This document shows positions 1 to 14,809 of a stretch of DNA of 64,000 nucleotides, piece after piece. The position numbers and the translations under genes are program-made. The notes beneath the pieces are model-generated. The model was not told where the DNA came from and made no database searches. It saw only the letters and a program-made list of their open reading frames with translations. Each line of letters begins with the position of its first letter. The first letter of the stretch is position 1. The stretch is from Octopus vulgaris (lineage: Eukaryota): assembly GCA_951406725.2 (NCBI GenBank), contig OX597816.1, positions 145,886,001-145,950,000 on the forward strand, given 5' to 3'.

Positions 1-417
1 TAAATCTCAATGACCACGAGAGTAAGCAGCTTAGCAACAGCTTGGCTTGTTACTATGGAAACAGACGCCTATATGTCTGTAGCTTCCGACCCAAAAATTG
101 CAACCTTTAAAAGCTATTCTTTCTTTATTTATTTATGGCGAAAATGAATTTCATGACACTGATTATTTTACAAAAGTACACCAATATGCCAAATATGAAA
201 TCAAGTGGGGAAAAAATTGGAAGAAATTGAAAAGTGGCAGCCAAACAGAAAAGATCCTCATGGCCAAGAAAGTTGTGCGTCTTTTCAAAAACAACCAAAA
301 GAGACAAATTCCAAACAAACAGAAGCAAAGCAATTCCTCATATCGTGTAATAATTAACCATCATGCCACAACAGACTCATTACCATCATCAACATCGTCA
401 CTACTGCTACCATTTCG

Positions 418-484
418 TCTTCTTCTTCTTCTTCTTCTTCTTATTCTTATTCTTCTTCTTCTTCTTCTTCTTCTTCTTCTTCTT

Positions 485-523
<39 letters not shown>

Positions 524-685
524 GTGACCAACCTCAAATACTCTTTTCCACCTATGACAGTGACCGCATTCAGTCACTCTTTCTTCCTCCCCGTCCCACC
601 ATTACGGCCTCAACATCAACACTACCAAGCTCAGCTAGCACCATTACAACTGCTGCAAGTCTCCAGACTTTACCATTTCGTCTTA

Positions 686-726
<41 letters not shown>

Positions 727-728
727 TA
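418..728. repeat. Compound microsatellite (CTT)n/(CTA)n and (CT)n
   Basis: Directly visible; explains the poly-Leu ORF 98..760. Confidence 0.95.
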
Positions 729-869
729 CAGCTTTCACTACCAGAATGTCATCAGAGTAATAACAAATCTAAACCTAAAACTATTCACAATCTACACATG
801 CCTCTGAAAGAAAATCATAAACTACGACCCCAATCTTTACAAGCGAAGCTATATACTTAGTGTCCATGT

Positions 870-1560
870 TGAACAAAAGTGTTGATTTAGCAATAACTGG
901 GTTCTACAGATCATCCTATCGCCACTATTGTATTTGAAAGAATGCCTTAATAATAAGTCTTCATTCAACAGTGCCAATCTGATAATGTTTTAATGATGGG
1001 TTACTTAAATTTACCCTGTGTTGACGACTCTACCCATACCTTGAAGACAAGTGTGTGCATATCAACCCCTGGGAAAACATTTGTGAAATCACTTTTCGAA
1101 TTGATGGACGAATTTTCCCCCTCCCAACTCATGCTTGTTCCAATGAGGTTCAATAAAAACTCATAGTAACCACACTAAGACTATCCATAATATTTCAGCA
1201 GCAAAAAGCACTACTTTTCAATCACAACTTAAATTCTCTGTAGCCTGAGATTCTGGCAGCCAAAATTGATATTGAACGTTCTAATTTCAAAACACCCTAT
1301 TGACCTCTTAGACACACAAAATGCTACCTGGGATGCAATCACTCACGATCTTTCACTCATTGATTGGTCTTTCACTCACTCTATCACTCTAAACAGCATC
1401 AATAAATCATGGCATTTATTTAAGGACATTGTCGCAAATATACATTCACAACTCACCCCACTACTATTCATAAGCAAAACAATACATAAGCTCCCACGTA
1501 ACAGAAGAACATTCATAAGAAAAACAAAAGAGGTTAATCGAAAAATCAATATTGCTTAGC
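870..1560 (+). mobile_element. Degraded CR1/L2-like LINE fragment (APE endonuclease and linker)
   Basis: LMMGYLNLPCVD (~991-1026) resembles the APE motif GDFNLPxIDW; ORF 1266..1559 has the WxxIxxxLxxIDW...WxxF linker typical of CR1-group ORF2. Confidence 0.55.
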
Positions 1561-1689
1561 GCAATATACCAAGTAGAGAGATATAGCTTTTCTATATATT
1601 GACAGCAGGATATTAAATGAGTTACGAGTAAGGAAAATAACTTCGCTCTTGCATGGATAAATTACTGTAAGGACAACGACAGTGTACCA

Positions 1690-1930
1690 CACAGCTGACG
1701 CTTAGTACATCTGATGATGCTCAGAGACAATGAGAAGATAAACAACTTTCTGGAGAAGAGAATGGGAGAATGGGAAGCTGACATGTATAAAGATATCGCT
1801 AGGTAACATGAAAATATGCAGAGACATTTTTGAAGGCGACTCCCTTATTCCGTTACTCTTCGTCATTGCACTAATATACTGAGAAAATGTAGGCCGGCCT
1901 ATGAGTTTACCTAATCCATGATAAGAATGA
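1690..1930 (+). mobile_element. Short RT fragment of an R4/Dong-like non-LTR element
   Basis: IFEGDSLIPLLFVIAL matches the IFQGDSLSPLLF motif of the larger copies in the window. Confidence 0.6.
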
Positions 1931-1932
1931 AT

Positions 1933-2667
1933 TATTACCGTATTGGTCCAATTTCGGGGTTAATTCATAAGAATTTTCCCCTCTTCAGCGATAAATACGT
2001 GGGATATAAGTGAAATACTTACTCATACCCATACTTATGAATTAACCCCGAAATTGGACCGATACGGTAATAACGGATTTTTTAGAAATTTCTATCGGGT
2101 TGTGTCGAGACGCATAAATTATAATGGTTATTGACAATTTTTGTCTTTTTTTCGGCATATTTGGCATTAGAATTTTTCTTTTGCCTTTATCTTGTAAATT
2201 ATTTATAAATTTAACTTTTAAAGGTATTTTTTGATATGCTGGCCATTGATAAAATTTTTTTCCCGAAAAAAATTTTATCCTTCATTAGTTATAAATTGAA
2301 TAGTGTTCACTTCCGGATTCTTTCACTCTGTGAAAGTTTCTAGTTCGAATCACACGTGCCTCGAGATGTGCCGAAGATTTTCTATTTTGGATATATTTGG
2401 GGTGCTTAGGTCTGCTCTGGACTTAGTGCTTGCTTTTTCCATGGGTATGAGTAAGTATTTCACTTATATCCCACGTATTTATCGCTGAAGAGGGGAAAAT
2501 TCTTATGAATTAACCCCGAAATTGGACCAATACGGTAATAACGGATTTTTTAGAAATTTCTATCGGTTTGTTTCGAGACGCATAAATTATAATGGTTATT
2601 GACAATTTTTGACTTTTTTTCGGCATATTTGGCATTAGAATTTTTATTTTGCCCTTATCTTGTAAAT

Positions 2668-2670
<3 letters not shown>
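1933..2670 (+). mobile_element. Penelope-like element end: partial tandem plus inverted pseudo-LTR
   Basis: 1933-2031 is the reverse complement of 2441-2540; 2034-2200 is directly repeated at 2502-2670; contains a hammerhead core. Confidence 0.7.
2479..2538 (+). ncRNA. Type I hammerhead ribozyme motif (inverted copy at ~1935-1994)
   Basis: Stem I TTATCG/CGGTAA; CTGAAGA 2485-2491; stem II GGGG...CCCC; GAAA 2518-2521; near-palindromic stem III TTGG-A-CCAA; TA cleavage site 2531-2532. Confidence 0.8.
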
Positions 2671-3400
<730 letters not shown>

Positions 3401-3699
3401 GATAATTTTTTCTATCAGTAATTAGAAATAGAACAAGGTGAACTGGTTCTTTTCAATGCCAAGATCAGCGACGTCATTGATTGCTAGTTGTAGGAAACAC
3501 ATTTGACCTCCGCTGACCCCAAGGGTGTGAGGCCCCTTTTGTCTCCTTACCGCACAGGAATGCCCATTGATGATCTCCTCACCATTTTCCGAAACTATTT
3601 ACTAAACTGTGGTCTATTCACCAAACTGATTCCCTTCCTCTTGCTAGTCCCTTCAGCCCTCACATATTTATTGAAATTAAACAGTATTGGTTATACTCT

Positions 3700-6600
3700 C
3701 ACCATGACTACAAATGTTAGCCACAACCATAGAGATCACGGCACTATTGGTGGTAAATAACGATGAGCAATACTGTCAATTTCAAGGTTAAAGTGAATAT
3801 AACGGTATTAATAGCAGAGTCGACAATAATATCAGAGAAACAACCGTGTCTACATCTGTCACAATATAATCATTACTAAACATTTTAGTGTATCACAAAT
3901 ATGTCTAACAAAACACAAAGGAAAACTACAACAGTACACCAAATCGCTTGTCCTATGGTTAATATGGGAGCGCGACTCCCAGGAGAGAGCCAGCCTGAGG
4001 ACGAAAAGTCATCCACTGGTAAAAACTCTTCTCTGAATACGAACATCGATGGTCACTTGAACGGGAGGTACCCCTACTCGAGCCCTCGAAGTCCACCACC
4101 ACACCCACCACAGAAAGAAAAATGTAAGAGTATCAAGTGGGGCCAAGAAAAGTACACAGAAGTAATATACGCATATTACTATGTATTATGCAGGCGATCT
4201 GAAGAGGAACACACTGCACATTCTTATAAGATATGGAGAACACGAAATCAAGACAGCAGACTATATTTGGACGCGGTTAGCAAATGTTAGGAAGGATATC
4301 CTCAGAAATAAAAGACTCACAGGTAGTGAAGTAACTGCGATCAGGCACGCAGCGGAAAATGAGCTAATTAGAAGGCAACAAGGAAATGAAGAAGCAGATG
4401 AAGCGAGCAACTCTCCACGAGTATCAACTGAAAGAATAAACAAAACATGCAAGCGTTTAGGGAAATAAATAGTAATGAACCTGATACAAATAGTGAGGAA
4501 AGTGGTTAAGAAACAATATTTGAAGACTAAAAATTTTCTGAAGAACACATAGTCTACGATAGAACTGAAGCAGAAAATCCTGAATAAGTTTGCAGTTGTA
4601 CGACACACAAATATGCATAAAAGAGAACCACTTCACAAAGCTTTCAAATACAATCCAAAATAGAAAAGAAATTGAAATTGGAAACTATGTCACAAAGGAA
4701 ATTACATAAGAACTAAAACCAGATCTCACTGAATTAAATGAAGTTATTTTCGCAGCTTCTAATACAACTGAAACCAGCTGTATGCCTCTGAAAAAAAAAC
4801 AGTGAAATACAAACCCGAGAAGAATTCCGATCTGGAAATGTAAAATTGAAAAAGAGACTGAAATAATGAGAGGTGAAATGTCAATATTGAATGATTTAAT
4901 CTGTGGAAACCATGTGAAAACCAGAAAAGGACGAAAGATGACGAGAAAACATAGATTCTAACCAGGAGAAGAACTGCTTTCAACAAAAAACAAAAACACA
5001 CACACACACACACACAAATCACTCCAACAAAAAGTCCAAGCAAAATCTCAAAGAATACAAAGATTGGAGAAGAGAAACAAATTTTACGAACAAAATAAAC
5101 TGTTCACATCCAATAGGAAATAGGAAAGGAGAACAAAAACTGTTGAAGACTGCGCTTCCTTAGAAGAAGATGAAAACTAGAAAAATATCTGGAGTAATGA
5201 AGATTTACAATGAAAATGCAGACTGGATTAGACAGACAGAAGGATCCTACCAAAACTTACCAGAACAAGAATGGGAAGACATCATAATAGCAGACCTAAG
5301 GATGACACTCACGAAGGCTCATAAGTGGAAACCCGGTAATGATAGGGTGCCAAATGTCTAGCTCGCCTCGCTCCCGTACGCAAACGAAAAGTTGGTCCAG
5401 TTATTCAATGAAATTATGAGTGATCCTGCGAAAGCACCCGACTGGTTAGCAAGCGGTATTACCTACCTTCTCCCAAAAAATAATGAAGCCAAATTTCCCC
5501 AGAACTATTGACCCATAACATGTCTATCTACGGCGTATAAAATTTTAACACACATCCTCATGGAAAAAAACATACAAATTTGTGGAAGAGAACAATATGT
5601 TCCCTAATAAACAAAAAGGTTGCCGACTAGGCTCATATGGATGCAAAGAGCAATTCTTAATCAATTGCATGATCCGTGAGAACTGTCATAACAAACGCAG
5701 AAATTTCAGTTCTGCATGGATTGATTACAAAAGGGCCTTCGGCAGCATACCACATTCAATTCATGGATCTTGAAATCGCTGGATATCTTCAAATTTTCTC
5801 CTGTGATTTCAAGCTTCCTGAAGCACATGTCATTGTGGAATACGAATCTCCGATTATAACACTCTAATGGAGTACGGACCATAAAAATATTAATATCAAC
5901 TGCGGCATTTTCCAAGGTGACTCACTTTCACCTTTAATCTTCTGTACACCTCTTACAGGTTAACTCAAAATAACAGGGTATGGATATAGAATTGGTTTCA
6001 AGAAAATAAGTCATCTATTTTATATGGATAACTTAAAACTATATGGCAAAGTTGATAATGAGCTTGAAGGACTACTACACACTGTGAAAGAAGCATTCTG
6101 TAATGACATTGGGATGGAATTTGGTTTTGAAAAATGCACCATGGCCACTTTCTAGAAAGGAAACTAAAGAACTCATATTAGGTGGTGGTAGATGTTGGCA
6201 CAGTCATAAAAGAACTCGAGCAGGAACAAACTTACATATACCTCGGAATAAATGAGGGCTCTGACATTGAACATGCAAGTATGAAAGAGAAAATCAGGAA
6301 TGAGTATTATAGGAGAGTTCGAGCAGTCCTAAAATCCGAGTGAAATGCACTTGACAAGGTGCTAGCTATAAATTCCCTAGCAATTCCTGTTGTTATTTAC
6401 AGCTTCAATGTGTTCAAATGGAATATGAGTGAAGAAAGGAAAATTGAGAGGAAAATACGTAAGCTGCTGACTTCCAATACGATGCATCACCCAAAGGCAG
6501 ACACAGATCGTCTTTACCTACACAGTGTTCAAGGAGGTCGAAGCTTGATCCAACTTGAAATCTACAAAACCATCACAACTGGACTGGCAAAATATCTTGA

Positions 6601-7920
6601 AACATCTAACACTGGATGCTAAAGCTCGTTGAAAACCATGAAAGACGTAAGAAGATTCATTCTGTTATGAAGGAGAGCAAAAAATTTTCAAGGGAATTTA
6701 TGCATAATACCCAGCAATTATAGTTGCAAAGAAGGTGAAATCAATAGCAAAGCAAAATGCGCTTGAACAATTGGGTGACAGGTGGGAACACAAACCTCTA
6801 CGGGACAAATACGTGGCCCTTGGCAAACAAGCTGATGTAGACCAAAGCACATTTATCAGTGGCAGTGGAACTTAGGGCTAAAGGCAGAGAATGAAGCTTT
6901 TATTTTGGCTGTCCAAGATCAGAGATTATTCGCCCGGAACTATCAACTCAATGTGATGAAAAATGATGTAGACACAAATGTCGATACTGTAACGATGGGA
7001 TAAAAACTGTGGATCAGTTAATGTTTGGATGTAAGGTTTTAGCACCTGTAGAATACAAATCATGTCATGACAGAGTTAGCCAACATCTACATTGGATAAT
7101 TTGTCGGCATTATAAAATTAAAACCTCCAACAAATCGTACAAACATCACCTTGTAACTGAGGGGAGAAAATGTAGCTATTCTTTCAGACTTCACAGTATG
7201 TACAGATCGGACAATCACAGCAAATAAATCAGATATTGTTGTGAAAGACAAAAGCAATAAAGTATGTTTATTGAGTGACATGAACACATCCTGTGACCAT
7301 AATATCTCGGCTAAAGGATTTGATAAGCTCAGAAAAAAAAATCTGATAATCGAAATCGAAATCTCAGGACGGTTACAATACCAGTGATTGGAGGAGCACT
7401 TGGAGTGATCAAAAAAGGAACTGAAAATTATTTATGAATGATTCCTGGCTGACCATCCATACAGGATAGCAAGATTGTCTTTAGTGATACGTAACACGTA
7501 TTGAGAAGAGCATCATCGCAGTAAATTCCCCCCACCATTTATTTTATTTTCCTTTATTATTTTAATTTTTCAGTCATTTAAGTGCGGCCATGCTGGAGCA
7601 CCGCCTTTAGTCCAGCAAATCGACACCGGAACTTATTCTTTGTAAGCCTAGTACTTATTCTATTGGTGTCTTTTGCCGAACCGCTAAGTTACGGATATGT
7701 AAACACACTAGCATCGGTTGTCAGTACTTTTCTGTTTAATCTTTTCTTTTTCTCTCTGTCTTCTCCTTTTTCTCTGTCACATGACTCTGTAAATGAACAA
7801 TCTACTGTGCTTGTTTTATTGGCTTACCAATGTATACAGTACGTTTCTCTGCCCTACGCGTTAGGAAAACACTCGGCAAGAATTAGAAACAGAAATGAAA
7901 GACGTTAATGAAAAAGATAC
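3700..7920 (+). mobile_element. Near full-length, degraded R4/Dong-clade non-LTR retrotransposon (RT, CCHC, RLE)
   Basis: QKGCRLGSYGCKEQ, WIDYKRAF, GIFQGDSLSPLIF, YMDNLKLY, GGRSL, CHD and NKSDIVVKD motifs across many frameshifts; ends in (TAA)n at 7920. Confidence 0.9.
7555..7722 (-). mobile_element. Partial tRNA-derived SINE inserted in the LINE 3' UTR
   Basis: Matches the tail half of the SINE family at 13545, 18300 and 32135. Confidence 0.8.
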
Positions 7921-7990
<70 letters not shown>

Positions 7991-8169
7991 TAACAATAAT
8001 AATAATATATGGTAATCATAAATATGAACGATAGTAACATGGTCGTAATAGTAATTATAATAATGATATAGTAGATTTTGTGGTAACGAAAATAGCACCC
8101 GCAATAATAATAAGCTTTGCAACTGTAACACTACCCGCAACGACAGTAGTATCAGCAGTTCTCTCATAA

Positions 8170-9438
8170 AACATTCCTATGCACTCAAATAGCTAAAACA
8201 ACAATCATCATTTGTATTGTATTGTTACAAATTTACGTCTACATTCGTAAGAATATGCAAATGCCGCAGGTCAACATTCAGTTTCTAGTTTTGGCTCATT
8301 CACAATGCAAATTTGTTTGTAAGACTACTTTACATTTACTGTTTTCTTGTAATGTACATGCTTCTTTCTAATCTTCAAGTAACTATAGCATGTGAGTAGT
8401 TAAAATATTCAACTTTGAACTGCGTATCTAATGACACGGGATTTTATTCCACATAATCCCCCTTTTGTATTTCCCTTTTCACAGCTAGATCTTAGATCTC
8501 CTTAAAAGTTGAAGGCAAATAACAAGCCGATCGTATATTTCTTCATCAAACATAATGGTATTTCACAATGTTATTTATTTCTGCATTTTATAATTAATCA
8601 GGGAAACGACATACTCGTAGGTGTAGTGAAGAAACAAATTTAAAACTTTACCGCCTGTTAGCAAATCCTTTACTTCGAACAATATCCTCACAACGTTTCT
8701 ACAATTGAAATATGCTCCAGTCAAGTGGTTTGTTTGATTACGTGAAATTAATCCTTCAGAAAATATAGCGGTATCTTGTGAATATTAGAAATCAATACTT
8801 AATTATACAACCTACGAAGGAATATTTGACTCATTCAGTATATCGATTTCTTCACAACAAGCAAAACAATGCTGCTTTTCATATAAAAAATTTGAAAGGA
8901 TATTACAAATATTTAAATGTGCTGCTTCTAAAAAATAAAATTAATTGTAAACTTTTCATTCTCGTAGGTAACCGCTAGCACGAAGCCAGCTGTTTAGATC
9001 AGTATGGCGGAGAAATTTGGGAAATACAATCAATTCTTTATTATATCCATAACTTAAGAAAAAAATCACAAACAACATAAGATTCACTAAATATATACAC
9101 AACTTAAAACACATTAAGGTTGCTAGCAGCTATGGTTCATATATAGCTATATGTCTAACAAATATGATATCGTTTCGACCATACAAATGTGAGACATTGA
9201 AACGTATCTTATCATACCCATCATTCGTATCAAGAAAAACAGAACTGAGGGTGGGCTCGTAGGGGTGACCGAACAAAATTTTGGGTTGCAGACATAAGTT
9301 ATGAATGGGAGCAAAACAATAATCGGCCCTCCTACTGCATATATTCGGGCAATGTCTTAAATCAGAAGCAACGCGAATAATATCAAAGAAGATGATGAGC
9401 ACTGACAATGCAATAAAATTGCATTTACATTTCATCAT
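8170..9438 (-). pseudogene. Receptor paralog A, N-terminal exons (IL-17-receptor-like)
   Basis: ORF 9130..9438 starts with a signal-peptide-like stretch and CPNICSRRADYCF...NLCLQP; 47-bp AG/GT exon 8652-8698; FN3-like FKVEYFNYSHAIVT*RL near 8370-8420 with a stop. Confidence 0.5.
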
Positions 9439-11285
9439 TTAAATATAAAAATTATGCAACCTAGTGTGATGTGCAGCTTAAATTCTAGATTAATCACTAC
9501 TTATATTTACGATAGCAGGCATCTGGCAATGTAGATAATTAATTTCCCGTATTTTATGCATATATTATATACAATATAACAGCTTCTCTCACTTCCATAC
9601 AGCTTAAAATTTTGTATGACCTTAAACTAAGCATTGATAAATGCTTAACAATGTTTCTCAAGTTTTATTGTTGGCGATTTCAGAAGTATCTACTTTATCA
9701 ATGTAACTTTCTCTGTCGTCGATTCTTCAAATTGCTAATAGACTCGCATTGATCTATTCGGTGGAATGTATAGAGGATATGGTGACACCGAAATATCTCA
9801 TATGAAGTGGAAGGTCAGTGGAACAAGCTGCAATGTTACATCAATACTCATTAATCATTACGGTCTATCAAAATCTATTGATGTTCATGGTCATTAAAAG
9901 ATGCCTACAAATTTCCATCTACTGTTTGCAGACATCAAAACTCTTTGCTCCTTTCGGAATCAACGATAATAGAGATTTCTAAAGATTTATCGGGCCTGAC
10001 AACATAAGATTTTACAGGAATCAAGAATTTTTGATAAATATTATGGGGTCTTCTGTAAAAGTCGAGGCAGCCCTGACATGACTTATAGAAAATCAGAAGA
10101 AATCATCAACTGACTGCATGTTAACATTCATATGCGCAAATATTTGAACTGATCTAATTCGCAAGTCATTTCGATATCAAGTGCTGTCAATAGCGAAAGA
10201 CCTTGAGAAACATACATCGTTCAACAGACAGGGATCTGAAATGAATGTTGGTATTTAAACATCTTTAGCCTAAACTGAGAATGGATGTTGGTATTTAAAA
10301 ATCTTTAGCCTAAACTGTAGCCTAAAGTGAAAATGACTGCTATAGAGGTCAAATATTCGGAAACATATTTGAACGTTTATGAGAGTTTGTTTCTGTCTTT
10401 GTAAATAAAAGTTTCCGTGAGAGCCCCGTGAAATGAGAAACACGTGTACTAAATTTCCTCCATCATGAGAATCTCTATTAATGCAGCCACAAGAAAAGCT
10501 TCAGGGTGTACAGACGTGCGAAAGTGAGGCTAGAAAGCATAAGACCGACCAAAAAGCGTTGTCCAGCGTATCCAAATAAAGCATATAATTGACTAGATAT
10601 AATTTGTAAGAAAATAATTAAGTCAGAATTGAATTACATTAATGACAAATTCTGAGGGTAATGTTTAGTGTCTCTATTTTTAAAGGAGAATTAACCCGTA
10701 AAATTAGGAAAATACAGCAATGGAAAACTTCAAATAATTTACTCTAGAAAGCATTTTAAGTTATTTGGTCGAAAGTTAATGACACATATAGTTTCAATCT
10801 AACAACCTGTAGAAAGAGTATCTCTATACCATGCTCTATGAACATCTAGACTAAATTTCAAACCAAGGAATTGTTATACTTACCAGATAATATATACGGA
10901 AGATGGGAGTATGAATTCTAGCATATTCTACTTAAAGGAAAAATCGAGGAGCCTGGCCGACGAAATGGAAGGTCAATGGAAAAGATTGAGAGATAGGAAA
11001 CCTACACATGCACTAAAACCCATGCTGAGTATAAGCAAGAATCCGTTCTGAAAATTCAGATATAAAAATATATCTACACAACAATTTGATACAACGTGCG
11101 CGGTTTAGTGAAACTTAGGCATATAATAGAACAGAGACAGATGGATAACCGAAAATATGCAAATCTTTAAAAGCCAAATGACAAACAGTTCTGTTATCTG
11201 CTTGACAAATGGCGAAATAAATTATTGTTGCGACCAGCAAAGACTGCATGTCTGTATTTCACAAAAAAATGTGGTTTTTGTTGTA

Positions 11286-11287
<2 letters not shown>

Positions 11288-11364
<77 letters not shown>

Positions 11365-11402
11365 TATGTATGTATGTAGGTATATGTATAAATATATATA
11401 TA
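11288..11402. repeat. (TA)n microsatellite
   Basis: Directly visible. Confidence 0.95.
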
Positions 11403-11951
11403 TCAAAATGATGTGTTATAATGCTATTCCACATCCATACCAACAATCAAACAAACCTCCATCATCAGCTACCCCACGGATATCATTATGGTTTCAGCAC
11501 CTGAGCAGTACCATTCAATCCAGCGGTGTCAACAGCACTAAAATAAGTGTTGTTTGGGAACAAACAAACGAATCAAACACATTTGGCCATTGTACAACCG
11601 TATCGATAAATATATTCCCAGCTAAATACGTTACTAAACAGCGACATATATAAGAAGGGATGGTATTATTAAAATATCAGTACGAGTGACAAGCTAATTA
11701 TCAGCTGTGCAGACAAATTAACAAAATATCTACATACAATATGTGTACTCTCTCACACACATATATATAGTAAGAAGTTACAAAACAACAAAAGACGAAG
11801 ACGGGTGTGTAAACAACAATTAGAGGTATTAGTTTAACGGTCGGAAAGTGAGAAAGTCTTTTACGTTTCAAGCCTACGTTCTTCGACAGAAAGGAACACA
11901 GAAATAAACATGGAGAGAAAATAGAAAATAAGGTATAGTGGCTAGCGATCT

Positions 11952-11991
<40 letters not shown>

Positions 11992-12337
11992 TACATATCT
12001 TACATTGTATGTATATATTTTATGAATTTGCATGTACGGTTGATAATTCGCTTGCCACTCGTGATGACATTTTAATGAAGCCATCCCTTATATTTATTGC
12101 TAAATAATTTTCACGCATTTCTTTTTTTGTTTAAATACTCTTCGGTCACTTCAGACGTACTTTTCTAGCCATAGTGAGGGAAACTTTTAGCAGAGGTAAG
12201 AAGTTTTAATGTTCCCTGGAATTTTGTCTTGCCATGCCTGTAGTAGATTTGTGACTATTCTATGACACAAGCATTTTTGACTCATACGTTTAGCGATGGA
12301 GGTGCTCATACCGTGCTCTCGTTTTTATATACATACA

Positions 12338-12410
<73 letters not shown>

Positions 12411-12413
<3 letters not shown>

Positions 12414-13540
12414 CTTGACCGACTAGTCCTTCAGGCGTCCATTTGACACCGCTGGTCACAGCACGCAATCCACTCCTCTCTGGATCGCGCTTTTCTCATC
12501 CACGTGATCCCAATCGTCCTCCTGAAATCGTAACTCCACCGTCGTGGAGGTCTTCCGGGTGGTCTTTTCTGCTTTTCTGCTCGACAACTGCGTGTGTCCA
12601 CCGATTATCGATGAGCCGGGCGACGTGTCCAGCCCATCTATATTTGCTGCGTGTATACTCTGCGATGACATCTCTCACGCCGGACTTCTTTCTGATGATC
12701 TCGCTACTTATGTGCTCTCTCAACGAGATACCAAGCATTGACCTTTCCATGGCTCTTTGAGCCGTTACCAGTCTTTGCTCTTCTCTCTTTATGGTAGCTT
12801 ATGTTTCACTACCATATAACATTGAAGGCAGAACTGCACTGTTAATGAGGTTGACGCGGGTGGTCCTGTCCAACCTTCCCTTGAGTACATCCCTTATGGC
12901 ATTGAACGCCTTCCATCCGGCCCTTACTCTCCGTGAGATCTCCTTTTCGATATCTCGGCACATATTTACTTCTTGTCCCAGGTAGACATATTTCCTCACC
13001 TCCTCTATTTCCTCACTGCCGATCACCATTCGACCTGTTGGTACGTTGTCTGACCGCATGAACTTTGTTTTCATGCGGTTCATCTTGAGACCTACTGCAG
13101 AGCTTTTAATGTCGAGCTCCGTCAGCATGGTCTGAAGCTGATCCATGTTTTCAGCGATGAATACGATGTCGTCAGCGAAACGGAGGTGGGTGAGGAGCTC
13201 GCCATTGATGTTGATATTACCTAGCCAGTCGATGCCTCTGATGATCTGTTCGAAACATGTAGTGAAAAGTTTTGGGGATATTGTATCTCCTTGCTTCACT
13301 CCCTTCTCGACCGGCACTCGTATAGGTGATGACAGTAGGGCTATGTCGGTGGTGCATCCGGAATTTGCCTCTCTGAGAAGCTGCACATATTGCGCTTCGA
13401 TTCCTTGCTTCTGCAGCGAGTTCAGCACTGCGTTGGTTTCGACCCTATCGAAGGCCTTCTCATAATCTATAAACGCAACACAAAGAGGCAGGTTGCTCGC
13501 TCAAGCAATTGCGTTAGAGTAAATATATGGTCCATCGTGC
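12411..13540 (-). mobile_element. 5'-truncated RTE-clade LINE (RT and 3' end)
   Basis: GVKQGDTISPKLF, LRFADD, YVYLG, EISRR, LYGSET, MERSMLGISL and RWAGHVAR; 3' end abuts (TA)n/(TACA)n. Confidence 0.92.
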
Positions 13541-13544
13541 TTTT

Positions 13545-13905
13545 CTCTTTTTCTTGTTTCAGTCATATGACTGCAGCCATGCTGGGGCAGCGCCTCTAGT
13601 CGAACAAATCGACCACCGAACTTATTCTTTGTAAGCCTAGTACTTATTCTATCGGTTTCTTTTGCCGAACCACAAAGTTACGTGGACGTGAACACAACAA
13701 CATCGGTTGTCAAGCGATCGTGGAGGGGAACAAACACAGACACACACAAACACACATATATAAATACGACAGGCTTCTTTCAGTTTCCGTCTACCAAATC
13801 CACTCACAAGTCATTGGTCGGCCTGAGAGTATAGTAGAATATACTTGCCCAAGGTGGCACGCAGTGGGACTGAACACGGAGTCATGTGGTTGGTAAGCAA
13901 GCAAC
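13545..13905 (-). mobile_element. tRNA-derived SINE with internal (CA)/(TA) microsatellite
   Basis: Homologous to the copy at 30993-31450. Confidence 0.85.
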
Positions 13906-14485
13906 TAAGTACGTTTCTTATACTGTATGTATATGTTTTATATATATATACAAAAGTTAAGGAATGATGTCGATAAGATCCGGGTTACATATGTTCCATA
14001 GCGAGTGGAATATCGGAAGTGGTGGATATCCTAGCGACGTGTAGTATATCGCAGGCTACACTTCAGGCCAAGGATATCTTGATTAAATGAAAGTTTACAT
14101 CGTCGCCAGAAGGTACATGTTAACACATGGAAGATTTAGTTAGAATATAAAGAAATTACATGGAAGATTTAGTTAGAATGTGTAGAGAGCACAGTAGGAG
14201 TGAATGATATAAATGTAAGAGAAATTAGGAATAAAAGAAGGAAAATTGAAAAAAAAAAAAACGTAAGGGATTGAGAAGAATGAGAAATATAAGCAAGGTT
14301 ATTTCAGCAGTAGTATTCAATAGGGCTAATTTTCCCGAATCACAGAAATTAGCAAGCGGTGTGGTATTTGAAAAAAAAGATAATGTGGAGGGAAGAGGGT
14401 GGGGAAATATTTTTGGTCAATGGTGAGAAAAAAGCATGCACGAAGAAAACAAGAGAGAATGGGGAAGAATCGTAGCGACTGTTAC

Positions 14486-14516
<31 letters not shown>

Positions 14517-14646
14517 ATGAGTGTATATATATATTGTAAAATGTGGGATATCATATCCAGGCAGGTACCGAGTTTCTTTGAATGTAATGCCAAGGCTAGT
14601 TCCATCAGATGGTGTGTTTTTTGCTAAACTTCAGTACAGGTTTGAT

Positions 14647-14770
14647 AATAAGGAGAATGAAGAATTTGAACAGTCAGACTTCATGTTTATTTGCAGTTAG
14701 TTTATTAATATGTATAAACTAACTGAGAATAAACAAAGTTTGAATGTTCAAATTCTTAATTCTCCTTATT
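14647..14770. repeat. Imperfect palindrome (~55-60 bp arms)
   Basis: AATAAGGAGAATGAAGAATTTGAACA...TGTTCAAATTCTTAATTCTCCTTATT, with inner CAGTTAGTTTA/TAAACTAACTG. Confidence 0.75.
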
Positions 14771-14809
14771 TCAATGTATATGTACATACATATAGACATA
14801 TAACAGAAA

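Noticed and set aside
98-760. 220-aa ORF with a long hydrophobic run
   Set aside because: The poly-Leu and LS runs come from (CTT)n/(CTA)n/(CT)n microsatellites; no domain is recognisable
10380-11150. Possible LINE remnant or extra exon
   Set aside because: Too degraded; no motif could be identified with confidence
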